Shown piece by piece: positions 56,886 to 64,000 of a stretch of 64,000 nt of DNA. The position numbers and the translations under genes are program-made. Source of the stretch: an uncultured Methanomicrobiales archaeon (GTDB lineage: Archaea > Halobacteriota > Methanomicrobia > Methanomicrobiales > JACTUA01). The stretch covers positions 16,047 to 80,046 of the forward strand of contig CAZKEV010000002.1 of assembly GCA_964551875.1 (NCBI GenBank), in the 5' to 3' direction. Position 1 is the stretch's first letter. The number at the start of each line of letters is the position of its first letter. Under the pieces are notes generated by a model. It was not told the origin of the DNA and ran no database searches. It saw only the letters and a list, made by a program, of their open reading frames with translations.

Positions 56886-58141
56886 ACCTGAACCCGAAGC
56901 TTCTCGACCTCATGAAGAAGATGCAGAAGGATCACGGCGAGGGGTCCATCAAGATCGCTTCAGACACGAATCCTTACTGCCACCGCATCCCGACCGGGAT
57001 CTTCACCCTGGACTACGCGACCGGAGGGGGGATTCCCATTGGGCGGACCAGCATGGTCTTCGGGAAGAAGTCGGCGGGGAAGTCCGGCCTCTGCGCCAAG
57101 ACGACGGCCAGCGCCCAGAGGCTGTGCCGCAAGTGCTACAAGAGGGTGATCCTCGAAGAGCGCGAGATCGAAGCGGACGTCAAGCGGTTCAACGTCCAGA
57201 CGGGGAAGCTGGCGGTCCTCAAGGAAAAGGTCAAGAAGCTGGTCCCCGTGGACTGCGTGAACAAGTGTCGCGTCACGGTGGACGGGAAGAAGGTGTTCCC
57301 CGGCAGGATGAAGGTGGTGTGGGTGGACGCCGAGGGATCGTTCACCCCCGACTTCTACACGCAGTTCGGTGTGGACTGCGACGACGTGCTTCTCTGCACC
57401 CCGGACTACGGCGAGTCCGCTATCGACATCGCCGATTCCGTCATTCGGCTCGGGGAGGTGGATCTTCTGATCGTGGATTCCATCGCGCACCTCATCCCGA
57501 TGAAGGAACGGGAGGCCAGCACGGAGGACAACCAGATGGGTCTTCAGGCGCGGCTCGTCAACAAGGCCATGCGCCTCTGGACGGCTTCCCTGAACGAGGT
57601 CTCCTCGCAGGGAGTGAACGACTGCGCCATCCTCCTCGTGAACCAGCTCCGGCAGAAGATTTCGTTCTTCCCCCAGGACGTCCGCCCTGGCGGCGTCGGG
57701 CAGGAGTACGCGACCAGCTTGGACATCCACCTCTGGCAGAAGGAATTCAAGAGCGACACCACGGGGAGGCCCCTCTGGATGGAGTCCAAGTTCGCCATCT
57801 CGAAGAATCGGGTCGGGGTTCCGCAGATGGAGGGCCTTTACCGGATGTGCCTTCTGGATCATCCTGGGAGGAAGCAGGGGGACACCTGGGACGACGAGGC
57901 CGTGGCGGACGCCGTCCTCAACACCGGGTTGGCGACCATCGCGGAGACGGGCGACGAGGTGACCGTCTTGGGGAGGAAGTTCTCCAGCGCCGACGAGTTC
58001 AGGGGGGAAATCGCCAAGCGCGACGAGTTCTATCTTTCGGCGCGGGACGCCGTTCTGGATTTCATGATCAACCTTCCCAGCGACGGGAAGGTGGCCGAGA
58101 AGAAGAAGCGGGGAGAGAAGAAGGACGACAAGGAGGAGTAA
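56882..58141 (+). CDS. RecA-like recombinase with a Cys4 insertion after the Walker A motif
   Basis: IPTGIFTLDYATGGGIPIGRTSMVFGKKSAGKSGL (Walker A), DLLIVDSIAHL (Walker B) and LLVNQLRQKI. Insertion is CRKCYKRV...CVNKC. Confidence 0.7.
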   Translation: MNLNPKLLDLMKKMQKDHGEGSIKIASDTNPYCHRIPTGIFTLDYATGGGIPIGRTSMVFGKKSAGKSGLCAKTTASAQRLCRKCYKRVILEEREIEADVKRFNVQTGKLAVLKEKVKKLVPVDCVNKCRVTVDGKKVFPGRMKVVWVDAEGSFTPDFYTQFGVDCDDVLLCTPDYGESAIDIADSVIRLGEVDLLIVDSIAHLIPMKEREASTEDNQMGLQARLVNKAMRLWTASLNEVSSQGVNDCAILLVNQLRQKISFFPQDVRPGGVGQEYATSLDIHLWQKEFKSDTTGRPLWMESKFAISKNRVGVPQMEGLYRMCLLDHPGRKQGDTWDDEAVADAVLNTGLATIAETGDEVTVLGRKFSSADEFRGEIAKRDEFYLSARDAVLDFMINLPSDGKVAEKKKRGEKKDDKEE

Positions 58142-58144
58142 GCC

Positions 58145-58381
58145 ATGCCGGAAAAACGCGTCTCCACCGAGGAGATCGAGAAGTACAAGCGGTGGGCGAT
58201 GATGAAATTCCGCGAGATGCTTCGTGGAATCAGGGTCACCGATCAGATCACGCGCTGGGCCTCCGGCGAGATGGGTGACGAGTACCGATTTCGCCTCGAC
58301 ATCGCCATGAACGACGAGGCGAGAAAGTTCATCGAGGACCCGGCGAACGCGGAGAAGCTGGGCCAGGAGCGGCTGGTGTGA
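58145..58381 (+). CDS. Small hypothetical protein
   Basis: 78 aa. ATG 4 nt after the upstream stop. Confidence 0.45.
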   Translation: MPEKRVSTEEIEKYKRWAMMKFREMLRGIRVTDQITRWASGEMGDEYRFRLDIAMNDEARKFIEDPANAEKLGQERLV

Positions 58382-58887
58382 GCGCAGCACCCAAGGTTCC
58401 GCCGAAGGGGGCCGAGAACGCTCGTGTCGTGGTCTGGTTCGACTATCCCTTGGACTGCATCTGCTTCGGGACGAGGGACGGCTTGGAACCAGGGGAAGTC
58501 ATGCCTCCCGAGAAGATCATCAAGATCCCCCTTCTCCACGCGGAGGGCTTCGTCGAGACCGTGATGAACGCCGCCATGGCAGAGGGGTTCCGGGCTGACC
58601 CGATGGACTTCGACAAGATCATGTACGGGGTCCAGAAGCTCCTTGATAGCAGGGCGGCGGACGCCTACACCCTGGCGGAGCGGTTGAGGTTGGAACGGGG
58701 CAAGGCGGCGGGGGGAGGGGTCATCAATTCCATGAGCAAGGAGATGATCGTCCACGCCGACGAGTTCGGGAAGCTGAAGGAACTTCTTCGGCAGGCCAGG
58801 GCTTGCGTCTTCAAGACACCCCTCTCCGCTCCGGCCTACGCCTTGCGGGGATGGATGGAAGAGAACGGGCTCATGGAGGACGCATGA
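58378..58887 (+). CDS. Hypothetical protein
   Basis: GTGTGA overlap. 169 aa. Confidence 0.5.
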   Translation: MSAAPKVPPKGAENARVVVWFDYPLDCICFGTRDGLEPGEVMPPEKIIKIPLLHAEGFVETVMNAAMAEGFRADPMDFDKIMYGVQKLLDSRAADAYTLAERLRLERGKAAGGGVINSMSKEMIVHADEFGKLKELLRQARACVFKTPLSAPAYALRGWMEENGLMEDA

Positions 58888-59312
58888 ACCCCAGCAAGTT
58901 CATGGAACGTGAGCCACGGAGGCCGGTGAAGGGGATGGGGGAGCTCCCCGAGAACATCAAGGTCAGCCGGGGGCAGGAGAATCGTGTGGCGGGGAGGCTC
59001 GGCGGGACCAGGGTTTTCAGGAGCGGGGCGGGCAGGATCGAGGCCGGGGTCTCCGGGAGCAGGTTGCTAAAGTTTGCGGGGGGCAAGGGGGACGTTTCTT
59101 CGGACATCCTTCTGGTCGAGTGCAAGACCATCGTCAAGGGCGCGTCGATTTCCGTAAAGCAATCCCACCTCATCAAAATCACCCGGGAGGCCCGGCTCGT
59201 GGGGAAGTCCCCGGCGGAGGTCATCTCTTTCCCTGTGATGCCGGAAGACACGGATCAGGACTGGATCCTGGTTCCTCTCGGCGTCTGGGAAAAGGTTAGA
59301 GAGAAAAAGTGA
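58884..59312 (+). CDS. Putative PD-(D/E)xK Holliday-junction resolvase (Hjc-like)
   Basis: ATGA overlap. RGQENRVAGRLGG...FRSGAG...GKGDVSSDILLVECKT resembles the Hjc pattern E...G...S..GD(V/I)...ExK. Confidence 0.5.
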   Translation: MNPSKFMEREPRRPVKGMGELPENIKVSRGQENRVAGRLGGTRVFRSGAGRIEAGVSGSRLLKFAGGKGDVSSDILLVECKTIVKGASISVKQSHLIKITREARLVGKSPAEVISFPVMPEDTDQDWILVPLGVWEKVREKK

Positions 59313-59674
59313 GCGAGCAGGTGGTAGACCTGATTCTTCCGCGTGAGTGCGTTCTCACCGTCAAGGAGCGGGACATCGTCTACAACACCCTGCTTCCAGA
59401 TGAAATCCCGTGCGCGGGGTGCTTCAAGGCCAGGGAGTGCCGGGCGGGGTTGGACGCGGGGATTTCCATTGCGAAGGCTATGGGCATCGCTCCCGAGAGC
59501 GTCGGTGTGAAGTGCGGAAGGTGCGGGGCGACCGCGCTCGGCTGGTTCGTCTCCGGATCGTTCAGGGTTTGGAAGTGTACGAACATCATCGAGAACGAGG
59601 TACGCGGGGCCTCCATCAAGTTCAAGGCCAGGTGCGATTGGGAAAAGTCGGAATTGGGTGCGCCCATCGAATAA
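59309..59674 (+). CDS. Cys-rich hypothetical protein
   Basis: GTGA overlap. PCAGCFKARECRAG...KCGRCGA...WKCTN. Confidence 0.45.
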   Translation: MSEQVVDLILPRECVLTVKERDIVYNTLLPDEIPCAGCFKARECRAGLDAGISIAKAMGIAPESVGVKCGRCGATALGWFVSGSFRVWKCTNIIENEVRGASIKFKARCDWEKSELGAPIE

Positions 59675-59691
59675 AAAGATGAAATAAGCCC

Positions 59692-59719
59692 TTGACAAAA
59701 AAGCCAAACGGAATATACT
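59692..59719 (+). promoter_or_regulatory. Consensus promoter P10
   Basis: CCCTTGACAAAAAAGCCAAACGGAATATACTGTAGTAGG. Confidence 0.8.
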
Positions 59720-59742
59720 GTAGTAGGAATTGGAGGAGTGGC

Positions 59743-60723
59743 GTGAGTCTCAAGGACGTGATGAACAAGGTGAAGGCGACGGACGCCCCGCCTGTGGCGA
59801 CCTTCGATGTCGGCGCGGCGGTGTGGGCGTACTACGCTTCGCTGAACGAAGCCGTCGATGAGGCAAGGGATGACGGCTATCACCCGTCCCAGATGTACGG
59901 GTTCTGCCCGAGGCAGGAAATCCTTCGGTACTTTTTCCCGAAGCCAGACGCGAACATCATCACGCCCGAGCTCCAGACGGCTTTCGATTGGGGGACGGCG
60001 TGGCACTGGCTTCTTCAGAATCGGGTCTTCGGCCCGATGGGGCACCTCTGGGGGGACTGGAGGTGCAACCGGTGCGGGAAGGTCATGAAGGATACCTTCA
60101 TGCCCCCGCCCGACCTGTTCTGCACCCCGAGCACGGGCATGCGCCCCGACGCCGAGATGGAACACCTCGTCAAGGTGGAGGACGAGATCGCGGCTGGCAA
60201 GCGCCCGAGGCGCGGCGGGTACTGGACGTACATGGAACCGAAGCTCCATTCGCGGGAGTGGAACATCTTCGGGCAGGGGGACGGGATCTTCTACCCGAAG
60301 CCCTGGAGCATGACGGAGAGCGATCCCGTCCTTCTCGAAATCAAGACGAGCAACGACAACGGGTTCCAGCGGCTGTATAAGCCTGACCCGAGGTACGTTT
60401 TTCAGATCAGCCTCTATCTTCGCCTTCTGGAGCTCAAGCGGTGCCTCCTGACCTACTGGTCGAAGGGCGACCCCCAGAAACCCAAGTCGTTCTGGGTGGA
60501 CGAGGACAAGACGGCGTGGAGCGAGACGACTTCGAGGATCATCCTGCATCGCCGATCCTGGCCCGAGAAACGCCTCTGTTCGGGGATTTGCAAGGACGCG
60601 GGTTCGGATCAGGGCAGGTGGTGTGGTTGGTCGCGGGAGTGCTTCCAGAAGGACATCGAGGAACAGGTGGAGAAGGCGCGGAGCGCAAACGCTTTGCGGG
60701 GAGGCCCGACCGATGCCGGATAG
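59743..60723 (+). CDS. Cas4/RecB-like PD-(D/E)xK nuclease with putative Fe-S cysteines
   Basis: GTG 59743 after GGAGGAG. N-terminal FCPRQ. GQGDGIF...LLEIKTS...YVFQISLY (D, ExK, QxxxY). C-terminal CSGIC...WCGWSREC. Confidence 0.7.
   Translation: MSLKDVMNKVKATDAPPVATFDVGAAVWAYYASLNEAVDEARDDGYHPSQMYGFCPRQEILRYFFPKPDANIITPELQTAFDWGTAWHWLLQNRVFGPMGHLWGDWRCNRCGKVMKDTFMPPPDLFCTPSTGMRPDAEMEHLVKVEDEIAAGKRPRRGGYWTYMEPKLHSREWNIFGQGDGIFYPKPWSMTESDPVLLEIKTSNDNGFQRLYKPDPRYVFQISLYLRLLELKRCLLTYWSKGDPQKPKSFWVDEDKTAWSETTSRIILHRRSWPEKRLCSGICKDAGSDQGRWCGWSRECFQKDIEEQVEKARSANALRGGPTDAG
60684..60698. repeat. Palindrome CGCAAA-CGC-TTTGCG (copy 8)
   Basis: Direct reading; near the 3' end of the Cas4-like gene. Confidence 0.9.
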
Positions 60724-61429
60724 CCCGTGGAAGAAGTTCGAGCGGCTGGTCGCCGAGCGGTTCTCGAAGTGGATGGCGCAGGGGGCGAAGGGGGTGGACG
60801 CCGAGCGGATCCTCTCCCGTCAAGCCCTCATGGGCCGGATGATCGAGCGGACCTATGGAGACCTCACCGTCCACCCGAAGTGCTCCTCCCGCTTCCTGCC
60901 GATGGCGAAGTGGTTCATGGAGAAGTTCCAGGTGGACGCGAAGAACAGAAAGGCGTTCCGTCTTCCCGGTCTTCTCACGGGGGCGGAGCATCCCTTCTGG
61001 GGCTGGTGGGAGAAGCTGACGGAGGAGACGCCGAGGTGGAGCCGGATCATGACGCGGGACGGGTCGAGCGGCAAGGTCAGCACCGAGGAAAAGGGCAAGG
61101 TTCGCCTCATGGTCATCATGAACGCCCCCTCGAAGGAGCATCTTCTGGTGCTCGGATACGGGGACACGGAGTTTCTCGATAGCGCCATGGGCCTGATGGA
61201 CAGGGAGATTCCCACGATCAGGATTCGCCGCGTGAAAACGGCGGATGCGGTCAAGATCGTTGTCCTGGAGGATTTTTTGAATTGGGCTGACCCGGTTTCG
61301 ATGGGGTGCCCGAAGATCGAGGAGGGATCCAATGCCGCCGAAAAAGAAATCGCGCCTTCAAACCATCCTGTCCAAACTGGCGGAGAAGGGAATTCCGCTG
61401 GAGGAGATGGCGAAAGAGGTCGGCCTTGA
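60713..61429 (+). CDS. Hypothetical protein (possible nuclease fold); last ~30 codons overlap the next gene
   Basis: ATG 60713. The YGDLTVHP...FQVDAKNRK pattern is D...(D/E)xK-like (weak). The C-terminal 98 nt overlap the ORF at 61332. Confidence 0.45.
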   Translation: MPDSPWKKFERLVAERFSKWMAQGAKGVDAERILSRQALMGRMIERTYGDLTVHPKCSSRFLPMAKWFMEKFQVDAKNRKAFRLPGLLTGAEHPFWGWWEKLTEETPRWSRIMTRDGSSGKVSTEEKGKVRLMVIMNAPSKEHLLVLGYGDTEFLDSAMGLMDREIPTIRIRRVKTADAVKIVVLEDFLNWADPVSMGCPKIEEGSNAAEKEIAPSNHPVQTGGEGNSAGGDGERGRP

Positions 61430-61652
61430 AAGCAGGGCCGTTCTTTTCTGGCTCGACGCCTTCGGGCTGAAGACGAAGGACCTTCCTCCTCAGATCGTCG
61501 CCAAGGCAAGGGAGAAGGGATTCGACAGCCTTGCCTCCTACTTCAGGGAGAACGGATCCAAGACCTTTCAGACGATGTCCGAGGATCTTGGAGTGTCTCA
61601 TTGCACGATCGAGGTGTACTACCGGATCTTTTCGGTAGGAGTCGGAGGATAG
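61332..61652 (+). CDS. Small HTH-like DNA-binding protein
   Basis: ATG after GAGGAGGG. LEEMAKEVGLESRAVLFWLDAFGL and MSEDLGVSHCTIEVYYRIF are HTH-like segments. Confidence 0.5.
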   Translation: MPPKKKSRLQTILSKLAEKGIPLEEMAKEVGLESRAVLFWLDAFGLKTKDLPPQIVAKAREKGFDSLASYFRENGSKTFQTMSEDLGVSHCTIEVYYRIFSVGVGG

Positions 61653-61654
61653 TC

Positions 61655-62431
61655 ATGCCCAACGAAATCGTTCCGGTGGTGAAGGCGACCATCGTCGATC
61701 CTGGCCGCCCGAAGTGGGTTCTGAACCGGGTCGATGCCTTGGCGAAGATCGTGAAGGAGTCCTACGTGGAGATGACCGAGCTCCTGTTCGAGGTGAAGGA
61801 GCAGGGGCACTTCCGGCTCTTGAAGGACGATGACGGGGAGTCGTTCGATCACTTCGAGGACTACGTCGAAAAGCATCTGGGCTGGAAAGATCGGAAGGCG
61901 CAGTACTTCGTCTCGATCTACGAGAAGGTCGTCCTGGCGGCGAACGTCACGAAGGCGGTGCTGGCTGAAATCGAGTGGTCGAAGGCGAGCCAACTCGCCA
62001 TGCTTCCAGCGGAGGAGCGGACGCCGAGCAAGATGGGAGGGTGGATTGACAAAGCGAAGGGGATGACCTTCACCGACCTGAAGTCCGAAGTCGCCAAGAA
62101 GCGGAACGAGGTCGCGGGGGAGAAGAAGTACGAGGAGGAGATCAGTTACCACGCGAGTTTCAACCTCACGGCCAAGCAGGCGGCAAACTTCCAGCTCGCC
62201 ATGGCGACGTCCAGCAAAATCAGCGGGAGCGACTGGAAGGGCAACAACATGGATCTCATTTGCACGGAGTTCCTGACGAATCGGCTGGAGGAATCCAAGG
62301 TCAAGATGCATCGCATCCTTGCGTCCGTCGAGAGGATCTTCGGCGTGGATATCGTGGCCGCCAAGGTGAAGGGGTCCGAGGTCGAGATCCTCTACGGGCA
62401 GAAGTTTGCGAAGAAGTACGGCGTCGAGTAG
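61655..62431 (+). CDS. Hypothetical protein
   Basis: ATG after GGAGTCGGAGGA. 258 aa. Confidence 0.5.
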   Translation: MPNEIVPVVKATIVDPGRPKWVLNRVDALAKIVKESYVEMTELLFEVKEQGHFRLLKDDDGESFDHFEDYVEKHLGWKDRKAQYFVSIYEKVVLAANVTKAVLAEIEWSKASQLAMLPAEERTPSKMGGWIDKAKGMTFTDLKSEVAKKRNEVAGEKKYEEEISYHASFNLTAKQAANFQLAMATSSKISGSDWKGNNMDLICTEFLTNRLEESKVKMHRILASVERIFGVDIVAAKVKGSEVEILYGQKFAKKYGVE

Positions 62432-62441
62432 GGAGGCCGGG

Positions 62442-62873
62442 ATGGCGAACACCGTGTCGGGAATCGAGCCTGCCTACATCGTCCAGGAGGACGGGGAGGG
62501 CAGGTGGAAGGTCTACAAGGTGGACCTGGACGCGATGTCCGTCCTCGCCAAGCACGTCGTGTCGAGCGGGCGGTGCGACTGCGAGGGGTGGAAGCACAAC
62601 ATGAAGTGCCGACACCTTCAGATGGTGTTCTCCCTTTACCCGACCACGGACAGGAAGACGGCCCGGAAGGCGGCAAGCGAGGTTATCCATTCCTGGGAGG
62701 ATAAGTTCAGCCGGATCATCTTCGACGACTACGTGTTCGTGGACGCCGAGGAGGAAGAGGTTCGGACGATTCGCCTCAAGGCCAGGGGGGAACCGATCAG
62801 CCTGGAAGGAAAGATTTCCAAACGTCTCTTCGCGGTGCGGAGGGGCGTGTTCATCGAGGTCAGCATCGAGTGA
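62442..62873 (+). CDS. Second SWIM zinc-finger protein
   Basis: ATG after GGGAGG. GRCDCEGWKHNMKCRHLQMV fits CxCxnCxH. Confidence 0.65.
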   Translation: MANTVSGIEPAYIVQEDGEGRWKVYKVDLDAMSVLAKHVVSSGRCDCEGWKHNMKCRHLQMVFSLYPTTDRKTARKAASEVIHSWEDKFSRIIFDDYVFVDAEEEEVRTIRLKARGEPISLEGKISKRLFAVRRGVFIEVSIE

Positions 62874-62884
62874 GGAGGTGCGCG

Positions 62885-63286
62885 ATGCCGAAAGGCAAGA
62901 AGAAGAAGGAAGTCCGGGATCCCAGCAAGCCCGCCATCCATCGGTGGTCGGCGAAGAAGTGGGCGAGCGAGCACGGCGAGAAGTGGACGCGGGCGCTGGA
63001 AGCCGCCGGTCCCGACTTCACGTTCAGGCTCATGCAGGCCCACTCCATGCTCGTGATGGAGCGGCAGCTTGAAAAGCGGATCAAGCGGCTGGAGGAATCC
63101 CTGGAAGATCTGAAGGTCAAGGCCACGGCGGATCCCGACTTTGGCAGGGGAATCGTCGAGATGGATGCGTGCGAGAAGATCCTCGCGGGCATCGTCCAGG
63201 CCCTGCCGAACGTCACTGTCAAGGAGAAGCCGAAGGCGGAGGAGCCGAGGGGCGAGCCCGTCGAGGTTAGCGCGGCCCAGGGATAG
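62885..63286 (+). CDS. Hypothetical protein (basic N-terminus, coiled coil)
   Basis: ATG after GAGGAGG. 133 aa. Confidence 0.5.
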   Translation: MPKGKKKKEVRDPSKPAIHRWSAKKWASEHGEKWTRALEAAGPDFTFRLMQAHSMLVMERQLEKRIKRLEESLEDLKVKATADPDFGRGIVEMDACEKILAGIVQALPNVTVKEKPKAEEPRGEPVEVSAAQG

Positions 63287-63358
63287 CCCTGGCGATGCGC
63301 GGGGTGCAGGCTTCCGCAGTGCCCGTAGACGCTGTTTTCAAGACGGCTGCCGAGGACC

Positions 63359-63383
63359 GGGCCAGGGGGCCTGCCCCTTTTTT
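63359..63383 (+). terminator. Rho-independent terminator
   Basis: GGGCCAGG-GGG-CCTGCCCC (7 of 8 positions paired) followed by TTTTTT. Confidence 0.6.
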
Positions 63384-63396
63384 GATGAGGTGAACC

Positions 63397-63789
63397 GTGG
63401 GCGAGGGAATTCCCAATCCGGAACAGGCCCTGCCGAAACCCCCGGCCCCGAAGCCGGAGGAGAACATCGCGTTGTATTCGGCGGTGTGCTCGATCTTCCA
63501 CCTTCTCGATGCAACCCAGGTCTGCATCTCCCTGGATTATCCAAAGCTGGTGCAGTGGTACAGGGACCGGATCGGGGTTCCCATCACGCTCGCGTCCTGG
63601 GAGGAGGTGGAGAGAACGATTCTGTTCCGGCTTGACGAGGTGAAGCCGATTCTCATGAAGAAGGGGAAGCCGATCCATGTGAGGATCATCGGTCCCGTCG
63701 CGGCATGGGAGGGGATGAGGCTCTACCGGATGTTCTACCCTCACGCGGACAAGGTTTACCTGGTGGAAAGCGCGGTCATCGAGATCTGA
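63397..63789 (+). CDS. Hypothetical protein
   Basis: GTG after TGAGGTGAA. 130 aa. Confidence 0.5.
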   Translation: MGEGIPNPEQALPKPPAPKPEENIALYSAVCSIFHLLDATQVCISLDYPKLVQWYRDRIGVPITLASWEEVERTILFRLDEVKPILMKKGKPIHVRIIGPVAAWEGMRLYRMFYPHADKVYLVESAVIEI

Positions 63790-63797
63790 GGTGAGTC

Positions 63798-64000
63798 GTG
63801 GAAGACGAATACAGGGGGGTCGAGGGTTTCGTCAAGGAACTTGGGACGACCGTCCGTGAGTGCATCGACTGTGGGTGCCTCGTCGCCGGGGGCCTCGTTG
63901 CCGGGGGACCGACGCGGTGCAAGCGATGCGCCAAGGAGTGGGACGACAAGAACGCCGGGAAGGGGATCGGGACCTCCCCGGAGGCGATGGAATTGAGGCG
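63798..64000 (+). CDS. Partial ORF running off the window (Cys-rich)
   Basis: GTG 63798 after GAGGTGAG. VEDEYRGVEGFVKELGTTVRECIDCGC...RCKRCAKEW. No stop before position 64000. Confidence 0.35.
   Translation, partial: MEDEYRGVEGFVKELGTTVRECIDCGCLVAGGLVAGGPTRCKRCAKEWDDKNAGKGIGTSPEAMELR

Noticed and set aside
14031-62060. Additional TTGACA hexamers inside genes (for example near 14031, 20944, 49455, 50279 and 62047) as further promoters.
   Set aside because: None has a TATAnT-like -10 at 16-18 nt or the conserved CC..TTGACAAA / TAGG flanks. They are consistent with chance occurrences in coding sequence.

Overview
GC-rich 64-kb window in which every credible gene is on the + strand. It reads as a large fragment of a tailed dsDNA phage or prophage with a contractile-tail-type baseplate. 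Region 1-26.9 kb is a tightly packed late/structural operon with many ATGA/GTGA stop-start overlaps. It encodes a baseplate hub (gpV/gp5-like), a PAAR-like tip, gp25/W-like, J-like and gpI-like proteins, and then an unusually long run of fibre/adhesin genes of 351, 143, 998, 555, 210, 847 and 1997 aa. Embedded accessory genes include a promoter-gene-terminator moron, a caspase-like C14 peptidase, three paralogues sharing an N-terminal module, and a lipoprotein. A strong intrinsic terminator at 26.9 kb closes this operon. Region 26.9-63.4 kb is an early/middle region organised by ten near-identical sigma70-type promoters (CCTTGACAAA-N13-TATAnT). It encodes: a SWIM / MoxR AAA+ / vWA-metallopeptidase trio; a topoisomerase-type zinc-ribbon protein; a dual-specificity phosphatase; a standalone TSCPD protein; a DksA/TraR-like protein; a large lipoprotein; a ParB-domain DNA methyltransferase; a 550-bp non-coding island holding two promoter/structured-RNA/terminator modules; a replication initiator with internal iterons; a DnaC-like loader; class II RNR (NrdJ); DnaB-like helicase; DnaG-like primase; five tRNAs (Ile, Gly, Thr, Thr, Met); family-A DNA polymerase; an SF2 helicase; a MerR-like regulator; a RecA-like recombinase; an Hjc-like resolvase; a Cas4-like nuclease; a second SWIM protein; and many small Cys-rich hypothetical proteins. 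A 15-bp palindrome, CGCAAA-SSS-TTTGCG, is dispersed through both regions. I saw no capsid, terminase, portal, integrase or lysis genes and no CRISPR array in the window. The very long minus-strand ORFs in the track are GC-composition artefacts. All functional calls rest on motifs I recognise by eye. No database search was run.
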